Assembly (NCBI RefSeq): GCF_006345805.1
Contig: NW_021834008.1
Span: forward strand, 1-51,796
Reading direction: 5' to 3'
Source of the DNA: Octopus sinensis
Lineage: Eukaryota
Length of the DNA: 51,796 bases
The number at the start of each line of letters is the position of its first letter. The first letter of the stretch is position 1. Below, piece after piece: positions 1 to 10,649 of this stretch. The notes beneath the pieces were generated by a model, which had not been told where the DNA came from, searched no databases, and worked only from the letters and a program-made list of their open reading frames with translations. A program made the translations under genes and the position numbers.

Positions 1-788
1 AGGAAGAGATCCAGTCCTGCTTTAAAGACATCCGCATCTACACCATGCAGGTCCCACAGGTTCTTCGGGAGGACATTGAAGAGCCGTGGGCCTCTGAAGC
101 CCAGGCTATCACATATCTTATCCTACATCTTGATGGCAAATTTGGAGTCCTTGGTACTACGCAGTGGCGTCCGGTTCTGGCGTTTGTGTGACTCTCGATG
201 CCAAAGTCTGAGACAAGACCTTCCAGGATCTTCCAGATATATATTATGGCATATCTTTCTCGCCTACGCTCCAGGGAATAGAGCTTTAATCTCTTGAGTC
301 TCTCCAGTAGCTCGTATGCTGCACAGAGGCTATCTTCTCTTCGTGTAGCTTCGTTGGATCGCCATCAAGTTCTGTGATCAACTTGACACTGGATGGTGAC
401 CATAGCTGAGAGCAATAGTCAAAGTGGCTTAGGACAAGTGTCTTCCAGAGGACCATCATGGTTTCTTGTTCTCTTGTTCTAAAGGTTCCTAAGAATCCAT
501 CCAGCCAGCCGTCTGCATTTCATTGTCAGTTTAGCAACATGTACATGAAAGGTCGCGTCATCACTCATGTGAATACCCAGGTCACGCACTGATTGTGCCT
601 CTGGGATTGCAATCCCTCCGGGTCCAGTGTATTCATTGGGTATTGCATTCAGTTTTGCATGCTGATAGTATAAAGCTTGAAACTTTTCAGCATTAAACTG
701 CATGCTATTCTTTTCAGCCCACTTGTATATTTCGTCCAGCTCACATTGCAGGTGCTTAGTGTCTTCAGGGTTCTGTATTGCCTGTGAA
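1..788 (-). mobile_element. CR1/Jockey-group LINE 3' coding fragment (RT C-terminus), frameshifted
   Basis: Minus-strand translation gives LQCELDEIYKWAEKNSMQFNAEKF...VRDLGIHMSDD...CRRLAGWILR, then after a frameshift FDYCSQLWSP...LKLYSLERRRERY...FRGPRLFN. These motifs are typical of CR1-group RT C-termini. The fragment is cut by the (TA)n at about 789 and by the window edge. Confidence 0.8.
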
Positions 789-1400
789 ACTATATATATA
801 TATATATTAATATATATATATATAAATATATATAGATATAAATATATATATACATATCTAATTAATATATATATATATAAATATTATATACATCTCTATA
901 TTAATATATATATATATAAATATATATATACATATCTATATTAATATATATATATATATATAAATATATATATATACATATCTATATTAATATATATATA
1001 TATAATACATATCTATATTAATATATATATATATTACATATCTATATTAATATATATATTAATATAATATATACAATATCTATATTAATATATATATTTA
1101 TATATATAATATTAATATATATATATATATACATATATCTATATTAATATATTATATATATTAATATATATATATATATTAATATATATATTAATATAGA
1201 TATGTATATATATATATATATTAATATATGGACATACATCTATATACACACACATACTTACATACATTCATCAGACACACTGACACCCAGACTTACACAG
1301 ACACACTCACACATCCACACACATAAATACTTACACACACACTCGCAGGCGCGCACACATACACGCTTGTGCACGTTCGCGCACGCATACACGCATGCAT
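789..1400. repeat. (TA)n array with recurrent CATATCTATATTAAT units, grading into (CA)n/(TACA)n
   Basis: Direct reading. ORFs here are low-complexity artefacts. Confidence 0.95.
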
Positions 1401-2205
1401 GCACCACGCTCGTGGGTGACCGACTAGTTCTCCTCTACGTATCTGGGGCCGGCGCGTGTTTTTGGGTTCTCCCACGCCTGTCGCCGCGGGACCACCCTTC
1501 CATCTTTCCTCTTCCCCCCCTCTTTGTACACACACGCACACACATTTGCATATATATATACATTACACTTACACACACTTCAAATTTACTTGCCATGCAC
1601 ACAACTACGCACACTGGACACACACTGGCACGTTACATACGCCCCCACCCTTTCCCTCCCTTTTTTTACCACTGACCACTCACTCGAGACTTGCTGTCAT
1701 CCGTTCGCACTAACATACATATTTTTGGTTTTTTATCTCGCCTCACACACACTCACACATACATACACACGCACACACACATACCTCCCTGTTTCTGATT
1801 TGCCTTTCTGACTTGCTAGGTTACCCCCACACCACTCCTTTAATCCTACTACTGCCTGCTACTAGCCACTGTCCACCATACACACACACGCACACACACC
1901 CTTGTCATCTCGCACACCTTTTTTACCATTCCCTCTTTGATTCAGCCCTCCTGTTTTTAAAAAACATTTTCCTCCTTTTTTACCACTTCCGTCTTTTTAG
2001 TATGTGACCTCGTGAAGACTACCTGCAATTTTTTTTCCTCTGTCCTCCCGTCTCGGGATCTTTCTTTCTCCTATGTTTCCGACGAAGAGCTCTGCTCGAA
2101 ACGTCATACCCTCCTTCTTCCATTTTCCTGAGCGCATAATAATAATAATACTGTAATTGTTCTACGTGTTGTTGTTTTTTCTGTTTTCCCGTTTGGATTA
2201 ACCTT
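1400..2205 (+). mobile_element. Penelope-like element 3' terminal/UTR fragment with a minimal hammerhead-like motif
   Basis: CT/CA-rich tail containing CCGACGA-A-GAGC tct GCTC-GAAAC-GTC at 2079-2105, a motif style known from PLE pseudo-LTRs. It abuts (TA)n. Confidence 0.5.
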
Positions 2206-2249
2206 ATATATTAATATATATATATATATATTAATATATATATATATTA

Positions 2250-2577
2250 ATAGGTACCGCACGCTAGGAGGGACATTTGTAGAAAAACTACTAAAATAAA
2301 CAAATTGTACCGAATGCAAAACTTCAAAGCAAGTCATTTAAAAACAGAATTTAGTTACATATCACCTGTGATTTCGCAATCAATGCAGAATATGTATTCT
2401 ATGCTCTTCGTTGCACTGAAGAGCATAGAATACATATTCTGCATTGATTGCGAAATCACAGGTGATATGTAACTAAATTCTGTTTTTAAATGACTTGCTT
2501 TGAAGTTTTGCATTCGGTACAATTTGTTTATTTTAGTAGTTTTTCTGCAAATGTCCCTCCTAGCGTGCGGTACCTAT
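2250..2577. repeat. Near-perfect inverted repeat: 160-bp arms, 8-nt spacer
   Basis: 2250-2409 is the reverse complement of 2418-2577 with one mismatch seen (TGTAG vs CTGCA). The spacer is GTTGCACT at 2410-2417. Confidence 0.95.
2410..2473 (+). ncRNA. Type I hammerhead ribozyme, canonical core
   Basis: Stem I GTTGCA/TGTAAC; core CTGAAGA at 2416-2422; stem II GCA...TGC enclosing AGAAT-acat-ATTCT; GAAA at 2452-2455; stem III TCAC-ag-GTGA; AUA triplet with predicted cleavage after 2467. Confidence 0.8.
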
Positions 2578-2700
2578 GAATAATAGTACCCTCTATATAA
2601 TATAAATAAATATTTTCAAAGTGGAAAAATTTACAGATTTTTTCTCTTACGAGGTTTTTCACGCTAACTACTGATAATTTCTTATAAAGATTTTATCCTT
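2474..2700 (+). mobile_element. PLE pseudo-LTR-like sequence downstream of the HHR, related to the repeat at 51019-51290
   Basis: Shares blocks with 51070-51280: gcattcggt, tgtccctc.tagcgt, ctctatat, gaggtttttc.cgcta.cta. Confidence 0.55.
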
Positions 2701-2729
2701 AATTTTAAATATACATATATACATATACT

Positions 2730-2875
2730 CTTTTACTTGTTTTAGTCAAATCACTGCGATCATGCAGGAGCACCGCCTTTAGTCGAGCAAATCGATTCCG
2801 GGACTTATTCTTTGTAAGCCCAGTACTTATTCTATCGGTCTCTTTTGCCGAACCGCTAGTGACAGGGATGTAAAC
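2730..2875 (-). mobile_element. SINE fragment (abundant family; other copies at about 7020-7148, 31135-31335 and 42433-42540)
   Basis: Shared block gcaccgcc...agtcgagcaaatcga...gtacttattctatcggtctcttttgccgaaccgcta recurs four times in the window in both orientations. Confidence 0.7.
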
Positions 2876-3512
2876 TTTAGGGTATATATTGAAAATTTAG
2901 GGTATATATTCCCGAGGCACAAATGCTGCTGCCTCGTGTATATCTATTCCTCCTGGCTTCTTTACCAATGAGATTGACTTGGTAGATTGACTTGATTAAA
3001 TTAAATTTAATTTAATTAGGCTGGTTTGCCATAAAGAACATCGAAACAATGCATTGTCTAAAGATAAATAGGGTAAATGTTTTTTAATTTTCCTTTAATT
3101 TCTGAATTACTACTATTTAGCGGTTTGAGTCTTGGCTGCTCTTTCTAGTAGGTCGAATGGCCTATCGGGGCCGTTCCTCAATGTTGTTGAAATTATATAC
3201 ATAGTCTGACTATTTTCTCTTTCTCACTAGACCGCTGGTGGCAAAAAATTTCTATTGAATTTTTTACTACCCTTATATTGATGAATATATATATATATAT
3301 ACATATATATACCCACAGATATATATACAATACATACATATATCTACACACATACTCATACGTGCATGCATGTACTCATATACACACATATACTCACACA
3401 ACACGTACACATACAATTATACATAACTGCATATATGTATTCCATGCTGCAATTGTTTTTTTTCCAGCACACGATCTTAGATAAGGTAACTTGCTATGTA
3501 AGTACATCTGCG

Positions 3513-3548
<36 letters not shown>

Positions 3549-3549
3549 A

Positions 3550-4900
3550 GTGTTATTCAAATCTTTTTACTTCTGACATATGTTTCAAAGAAACATTGGT
3601 ATCATTCTAGAAGGAATAAAATAGTGTAAAACAATGCAATCCTCTCATCAGGGAAAGAAATAAACTAAATACATCAAAAAGACATTTTAACAGAATGTGG
3701 TGAGTGCGTATATAATGAAGGGAACGTTAGCAAGTTTTTTTTTAAACCATTCGTAGATATGTCAACATAGGTTATAAAAAGAAGAGAAAGAAAGAAATTA
3801 TCAGAAAACTAATAGTGGAGACATAGAGTGATAGGTGAATTGTAATAAAGCTTAAAGGCATGGAAGTAGATATAGTTAGAGGAAGTGAAATGTAAGAAGA
3901 CAGTCAAAGGTCAAATTTTATAGAGTTGGAAGAAATCACTTGTAGGAACTAAAAGTATGTTTCTGCAACAATAAACACATTTTATGAACATGTTTACAAG
4001 GGAATTCCCAGAGAAAAGGATAAGGTACATCTCATTGTTACAAAGCGAACAAAATGATTTACCTGTCATACGGCAAAGATATAGAGGATATTCCATTCCA
4101 AATCAAATTGTTTATTATGATCTTTTAGATACCAAATTAATTTACGAAGCCCAGCATGTTTACATTTATTGATATGCCTAAATGTAGAGTAATGATTAGA
4201 TATTCTTTTGAACAACTGAGATGAAGAACTACTTATATAAAAAAAGACGTCAGAACCGGAAGTAATTTTACATTGATAAAGTTTCTAGTCTTAGAATTAC
4301 TGCTAAGAAAACGAATGCGATTGGAGTCAACTTTAGAAACAATAACCCCGCTGTTATTATTATTTAAAGAATGGTTAGTGTTAACAAAATCACTGTTAGT
4401 ATTTTCATTAAGTGGATTTGTATTTAACAACTTATTATTATGCAAAGAGAAGAATTGTGAAAGATTTTTTGTGTTAGAAAAACTTATCCTGATTTGCTGT
4501 GAATTAATAATCAAATAGTACCTTGAATTTCTTGGGAAATTCTTTTCTATAGTTTCACGAAACTGGTAAGGGAGGTTGGTTTTGATCTGCTTCCCATATG
4601 GAATTATTAACCAAACTGTTTTGCTGGGACATACCTTTTCATTAAGGTAATTATATTTCAACATACTCAATTTAACTTTATAATGAAAAACGGTTATCTC
4701 CCTTATGCTGCAGACTTACATTACTTGATTTGGTGTTATTCGAAATAAAATTAATATTGTTAATATCGTTACAACTTGATTTCATGTGCTGATTAATAGA
4801 GGTAGAATTGATGTCAAATAGGGTTAACATAGGTAATTTTTTCTTTATAGCCTGCTTTAAGTTATAAAATTACTTATTTTTTCCGTGTTATTCGTAAACA
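3550..4900 (-). mobile_element. Penelope-like element relic: RT C-terminus, GIY-YIG endonuclease and 3' region
   Basis: Reads WLIIPYGKQIKTNLPYQF...IRISFSNTKNL...HNNKLL (ORF 4233-4670), then FKRISNHYSTFRH...LIWYLKDHNKQFDLEWNIL...CSLCNNEMYLIL. This matches the PLE linker and GIY-YIG C-terminal pattern. Stops and frameshifts are present. Confidence 0.75.
3570..3656 (-). ncRNA. Hammerhead ribozyme motif with a long stem II, slightly decayed
   Basis: On the minus strand: CTTTCC-CTGATGA (3651-3645), then GAGGA..CATTG...CAATG..TCTTT, then GAAA-CATATG-TC-AGAAG. It has a GUC triplet and a palindromic stem III (ACATATGT). The first stem I pair is a mismatch. Confidence 0.55.
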
Positions 4901-4927
4901 CTGAAAAAAACACACATATATATATTA

Positions 4928-6892
4928 TCTAGTATATAAAAGTTAATATCTGTGTGTTACTTTTAGACTCGAAAACTACTGGACAGAGCCTAATGAAATT
5001 TGGAACACAAAATTCAAGCCTAGGGAGAAGGGTAATGCTGTATGTTTCATACAAATTTGAGGGGACATAAAGGGGAACATAACCCATGAAAATTCATATG
5101 CTTTGGATTTTGATGAATTTTAAAATGTATCCCAAATTTCCATTTCTTTGGATGATTCTAAGACCCCCTATTGGGGGCTTCACGTCTAAATTTTAGTCAT
5201 TTTTCATGGACCAAAATTACTGAATGCATCCTTATGATATTTGGAACTGAGATTCAATTCATAAGGGTGGGTATAATGCAGTATGGTTTGAATTCGATAG
5301 GGCAGAACCCCCCATGAAAACTCATAAATTTCCAATGTTGATGACATTTCAACCATAGGTAATTGACACAAATCAAGAAGTATTCCCAAAGTTTCTGCTT
5401 CTCATGAGGACTCTAAAACCCACTAATGGAGGCCTGAACTCCCAAATTTTAGTCATCTTTTTATGATCCAAAAACAAGGTAAAATGTACTGAATGGATCA
5501 AATTTGGAAATTATATTCTATGCATAAGGACAGATGTTTGAAAGTGAGGGGGCATAAATAAGGCCATAACCTCCATGAAAATTCATGTATTTTTGCTGTT
5601 GATGAAATTTTAACCATAGACATTAGACATAAATAAAGTAATATTCCCAAAATTTCAACTTCTTAGGTTAACAAGACTCCTTAACTCCCACAATTTAGTC
5701 ATTTTTCCCGAGCCAAGATGAATACAATTGTAGTCTTGGAAGTTATAGTCACCCAAGGATACAAGATGAGTGTTATTTGTAATTCAACGGTCCAACAGTG
5801 TAATAGTTTGCTTCCAGATATACTTAGATTGTGATTTTTGCAATGTGGTGCATAAATTGTCAAGTAAAGGAGAGGCATCTTTGCCTCCACTGATTCAGTT
5901 CAAAGTGTTGTTTTGAGTGAAATTATTTGGTAGCAGACCTCCTTTGAGTCTCTTTTTATTATCACTAGGTCAGAGATAGTCCCCAGATGGTAACATTGAT
6001 TTCAAGGCCTTTCCAGATAAGTGCTTGGTCAAAGAGATTTAAAGATTGCAAATTTATTGTTCAGTTACCTATCAGCAAACTCCAGTGATGACACTTTCAT
6101 TTTCCCTTAGCCCTCACGTTTCACAGTTGTTAATGTTTATTTGAGTTGGATCATGCCCTTCCAATCACTATAGATCTGTAATGCATCTTACGGCTGTGCT
6201 GGTCACCTGTATGGTGAGGAATCCTACATTGGGGAGTGGTAACAACTAGGGCAGGGTAGCTGACTGCTTATTGTGATCATTCGTCTTTTGGTTTCCTCTA
6301 GCTTTGCTCTCTTTTACAAACCCAGTGAACATTCATCTATCTATCTATCCGCTCAGTCAAAGTCGACTCTCGGTCACTTGTTGGATCAGTGTCCTCCAGT
6401 CAGTTCTATCCTGGGCCGCTTCTTTCAGATTGGCTATGTCCATTCCGGTATCCCTCTTGATGGTGTCAAGCCAGCGGGTTCTTGGTCAGCCTCTCCAATT
6501 TCAAAGAAATTTGAACGATAGATATGACACAAGTTGAAAAAGATACCCAACAATTCAACTTCTCTGGTTGACTTTAAGACCCCTTATTAGGGGCTTTAAC
6601 TCCCACATTTTAAAGCTCCATGTACTCCATTTTTCAAAAGCAAAAACCTTTGAATGGGTATTATAAGATTTGGATTTTGGAATTTAGCCAAAGATGAGTA
6701 GTATAGGATAAATATGTCAGGATTAGAATTTTTGTTAGGGTGTGTAAAGGAGGAAAGAACCCCCATTAAAATTCTTAATCTTCTATTTTGATGAAATTCG
6801 AATCATAGGTATTCCAGTTCATTAGAGAAAATATAAAAATGTTTAATTCTTCAATTCCATGTGACATGGGCAACACTGAGTACCTCTGCTAG
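4928..6892 (+). mobile_element. Non-autonomous Helitron/DINE-like element with internal imperfect ~230-260 bp repeats
   Basis: 5' A|TCTAGTATATAAAAG and 3' GGGCAACACTGAGTACCTCTGCTAG|T give A/T insertion with TC...CTAG termini. Internal units containing aaatttggaa..., ccccatgaaaattcat and aattttagtcattttt recur about 4 times. Confidence 0.55.
6335..6510 (-). mobile_element. RTE-clade LINE extreme 3' end with (GATA)n tail, nested in the Helitron-like element
   Basis: Minus-strand RPRTRWLDTIKRDTGMDIANLKEAAQDRTDWRTLIQQVTESRL, followed by gatagatagat. Confidence 0.7.
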
Positions 6893-6904
6893 TATATATA
6901 TATA

Positions 6905-7148
6905 TTACTGGGCGTCTTCTACTATAGCCTTGGGCCAACAAAGCCTTGTGAGTGGATTTTGATAGACAAAAGCTAAAAGCCCATGGTATATATATATTTG
7001 TGTGTGTGTGTTTATGTCTCCATAACTTAGCGGTTCAGCAAAAAGACACCGATAGAATAAGTAGCAGGCTTACAAAGAGTAAGTTTTCAGGTCGACTAGT
7101 TCAACCAAAGGCGGTGCTCCAGCATGGCCACAGTCAAATAAAAGAATA
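6905..7148 (+). mobile_element. Two adjacent SINE fragments
   Basis: 6905-6990 (cttctactatagccttgggccaac...aaagccttgtgagtggatttt) matches the reverse complement of part of 32172-32337. 7020-7148 matches the 2730 family. Confidence 0.6.
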
Positions 7149-7384
7149 TATGTATATATATATACACACACACACACATATATATTACATTTGTCTACAA
7201 GGTTTTTGGTGTTCAGGAAATAGACACCATTCCTATACAAAATCGGTCTCCTGAATCCAATAACCTTCCTTTTTGACCTATCAGATCTAGTTTTTAAGTT
7301 ATTGAACATCCCCATAGTAAGTATGTATGTGTGTATGTCCAATACACAGTGTTCATTATCTTATTCTAATTCTATTGCGCTAAT

Positions 7385-8220
7385 TCTTCAAATGTGGTTT
7401 GTTAGGTTTGTGGAGAATATACATTACCTGAAAATCAAATAAACATCACTGATTTTGTTGAAAGAGTATATATGGCATATTTTGGGGTCAAGCAGGGAGA
7501 CCAAGATAAATATTGGGCACTGCATAGGGTCTGCAAACAATGTACAGAACATTTGCAACAATGGACTAAAGGAACAAGGAAAAGTATGAGGTTTGCTATA
7601 CAAATGGCATGATAGGAGCCCTATAATCACGTGGATGACTGCTATTTTTGTAACCTAAATTTGAAGGATATCAACCAGACAAAAAAAATAGACAAACACT
7701 TGTCTATCCTAATCTTGCCTCTTCTATTAGACCAGTTCCATATCGTGAAGAGCTTCCTGTTCCTGTCTTCAATGTCTTGCTTCAGTTAACTTCAGTTAAT
7801 CAAAGAAGATTCATCACCTGAAGATGAGACTAGAGATCAAGACTTTGCAGTTGAGACTTTACCTCAGTTATTCTCCCAGGTAGAGCTGAATGATCTAGTT
7901 TGTGACTTGAACCTCCCCAAAAATTCTGCAGAACTGTTGGCTTCCCGACTGAAAGAGAAGAATCTTCTAGAGAATGGGGTCCATATAACCTTTTATTGGA
8001 GTCGGCATGAATAGTTCCTTTCTTTCTTCACAAAAGAGAAAGAGCTGGTTTATTGCAGAGATGTCAGTGGGCTTCTTAATAAATTTGGCACTGAGGAATA
8101 CAAACCAGAGGAATGGTGTCTTTTCACAGACTGCTCTAAGCGTGGTTTAAAATGTGTATTGTTGCACAACGGAAATGTCCCACTCAGCAACTCTGAAGGA
8201 AAAATATTTAGAAATTATGT
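7385..8220 (+). pseudogene. Chapaev3-like (CMC superfamily) transposase relic
   Basis: Reads VCGEYTLPEN...YFGVKQGDQDKYWALHRVCKQC...W.EP.NHVDDCYFC...YPNLASSIRPVP...ELNDLVCDLNLPKNSAELLASRLKEKNLL...VYCRDVSGL...EEW.LFTD.SKRGLKCVLLHNGN. I recognise this as the Chapaev3 motif series from memory. It has stops and frameshifts and is truncated at the 3' end. Confidence 0.75.
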
Positions 8221-9558
8221 TGGTTCTATGGTTGAGTGGTTGACAACTAAACTGGCACCCTCAATTGAGTAGCTTGCTACTCTTGCCAGGAGGATATCCT
8301 GGCAGGACTAAAAAAGACCTGTAGAAGGGTGGATGAGCTCTTTGTGAGCCAACAGCCATCTCGTTGGGGAAGGCAATAGCAAACCACACCGATATTTCTG
8401 TCAAGAAAACACTATTAGAAAGTCAGAATGAGGTAATCCTATGACTTCATCCAATATGCTTAATCTGATTAACTTTTGTTGTGCTATCAATGAACTGCAT
8501 GCATATGTTACAGGACAATATATTAGTCATCAGTCTAGTAGTCTGTGTGAAGCTGCTTCAACTAAAGCCGAATTCCTCAACAATCTGCATGTAACTGCTA
8601 TTCCTGTCACAGTAATCCCCAATACTCTTGTAGTTATATATGTGTTGATGAAATTGTCTGTGTCAGGAGCAACAGCTTACCTGTAAATTTCATTATGAAT
8701 TACATGTAAAGTCATTGAAAAAAATTTGTTTTTGTTTATGTTTGTATAATCATGTCTGTTCCTAAATCTTTTGTTACATCATTTTTGAATCTACTTTTTA
8801 AAGCTATGATGTACTTAAACACATGCACAACATCATACTAAACCTTTTCAGCAATACTGTCAATTTTCAAAAAAATTAACAAGACACTATAGACATTTAA
8901 ACAAACTCCTTTTTAGGCACTTTCTGCACAGTCATTACAAGACTGAGCTTTGGAATTATAGGGAAAGATTTATGACTATTTTTGTGCAGCTTTGTACTAA
9001 AATTAGCCCTAAATTACAATATTCTAGGAGCCATTTCCTAAGAATGGGAGCATATAGAAGCATAAAATTTTGTATGAATTTTTTTAGAAGCATAATAGCT
9101 TGATCAAATTTGAAAAAAATCTGAAGTAGTTATTGTTTTTCACAGAATAAATAATAAACATAAAACTTTTGTATATACATAAATTTTGTAGAGGTATAGG
9201 TTACATTATAAAATGTAATGTAAACATTGACATTAATGCAATTTTGATACAAAAGACAAATAGTATTTACACTAAAAATGTTTCATGTTACATCAATCAC
9301 TGGCACGGTGTATATCATTTGCATTACTGAAGTCATTTGAATTAAAGTATAAAACAAGAATTTTTGTTCACATTTAATTTTCAGTTCTTAGTACAAATAT
9401 TAGGCTAGTATATGACTTTAATAGATGTAAAAAAAAATAATGAAATGTAAGCACCAAAGTTTCTGTTTACAGAATGTCATGTTTCTTGTGAACCATAATC
9501 TACTGATAGATTTTGGAACCCAATAACAGCTTTTTGAAAATGGTTTCTCAAATCCTTC

Positions 9559-9696
9559 CTATACAGCCATCTCCATCTTTATCTTACTGTATGGCTTATA
9601 GCCAATAATTTCAAAATCATCAACATGGAAGTCATCGATGTTACTGACACTTCGCTGAATTTTTAGCTTTGGCAGAGCACGTGGGGTTCTTTTCAA
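9559..9696 (-). CDS. TYMS: Thymidylate synthase, last coding exon
   Basis: Acceptor ttttaaatag, then LKRTPRALPKLKIQRSVSNIDDFHVDDFEIIGYKPYSKIKMEMAV and a TAG stop. 138 nt, phase 0, homologous to the human TYMS terminal exon. Confidence 0.97.
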   Translation of the reverse strand: MKRTPRALPKLKIQRSVSNIDDFHVDDFEIIGYKPYSKIKMEMAV

Positions 9697-10019
9697 CTAT
9701 TTAAAAGATATAATAAAAAAAAATCAGCATTTGACATATTTTAAACATAGATGTCAGAATAACATAAGGATCACAGTACATACTACACCTACTATAACTG
9801 GAGTCACCTTCATGCTTCAAAATAACTGAAACTGGTTTTATCTCTATTTTCTACAACTGACAAGAACATAGTGATCACACACTGTGTTAAAAAAAAATTT
9901 TTTCCTCGGTTGGATGCCCTTTCTACTGTACAGTGAAGAAGGAATTAATCTAGATTTTACAAATCAAAGTCAACTGGATTAAACACAGCAGTATCTTCAT
10001 TTCACAACTACTAGTCTCA

Positions 10020-10640
10020 TAATAATAATGTTCGTCATTTAGGCACAAGGTCAGTGCTTTTAGGGGAAGGGGTCATACTACTGACCTCAATACTTGACTA
10101 GTACTTATTTTATCAACCTTGAAAGGACAAAAGGCAAAGTTGACTTTGGTGGGATTTGATCTTAGAACATAAAACAGTTGCAAGAAATATCACAAAGCAT
10201 TTTCTCCAACACTGCCAATCCACCGCCCTCATAATAACAACAGTTTCTGATCTGGGCACTAGGCTAGCAATTTTGATGGGAAGGGGTCATTACCATGAAC
10301 CCCAGTATTTAATTGGCACTTTATTTTACTGGCCCTGAAATTATGAAAGGCAAAGTTGACTTAACTCAGAATGTAAAGAATCAGAATAATAATTATTTCT
10401 AATTTAGGTGTAAATTCAGTGTCTTTTAGGGTTAGGCTAAGCTGCTACTACCACCACTAAATTAGACATGGGATCACAATTTTTGAAGAAGTAGTATGGT
10501 AAATTATACAGGCACTCACAACTTACTGTGCTCATTTTATCAACTTCAGAAAGAATTTCAGTATAACTGATCTTTGCAGGATTTGAACTCAGAACCAAAA
10601 GTGACCTAACAAGAGTGCTCTACCAGTTCTGCCTTTCTCA
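10020..10640 (-). mobile_element. Three head-to-tail decayed tRNA-derived SINE copies
   Basis: Units at about 10020, 10230 and 10385 share aataat...ttta/ctg.gcacaagg, tact..tttatcaac, gaaaggcaaagttgac and ggatttga.ctcagaac (reverse complement of a B-box-like GTTCTGAGTTCAAATCC). Confidence 0.6.
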
Positions 10641-10649
10641 CAATAATTT

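Noticed and set aside
702-2007. Y/I/H/T-rich ORFs here, and similar ones at 19520-20636, 41949-42436 and 44812-45705
   Set aside because: These are translations of (TA)n, (CA)n and (TG)n microsatellites with no coding signal.
8441-8686. 81-aa plus-strand ORF, and a short minus-strand frame (AVAPDTDNF...RLLD*)
   Set aside because: There is no recognisable homology or convincing splice context. It is more likely TYMS 3' UTR or downstream sequence, and I could not locate the poly(A) site.
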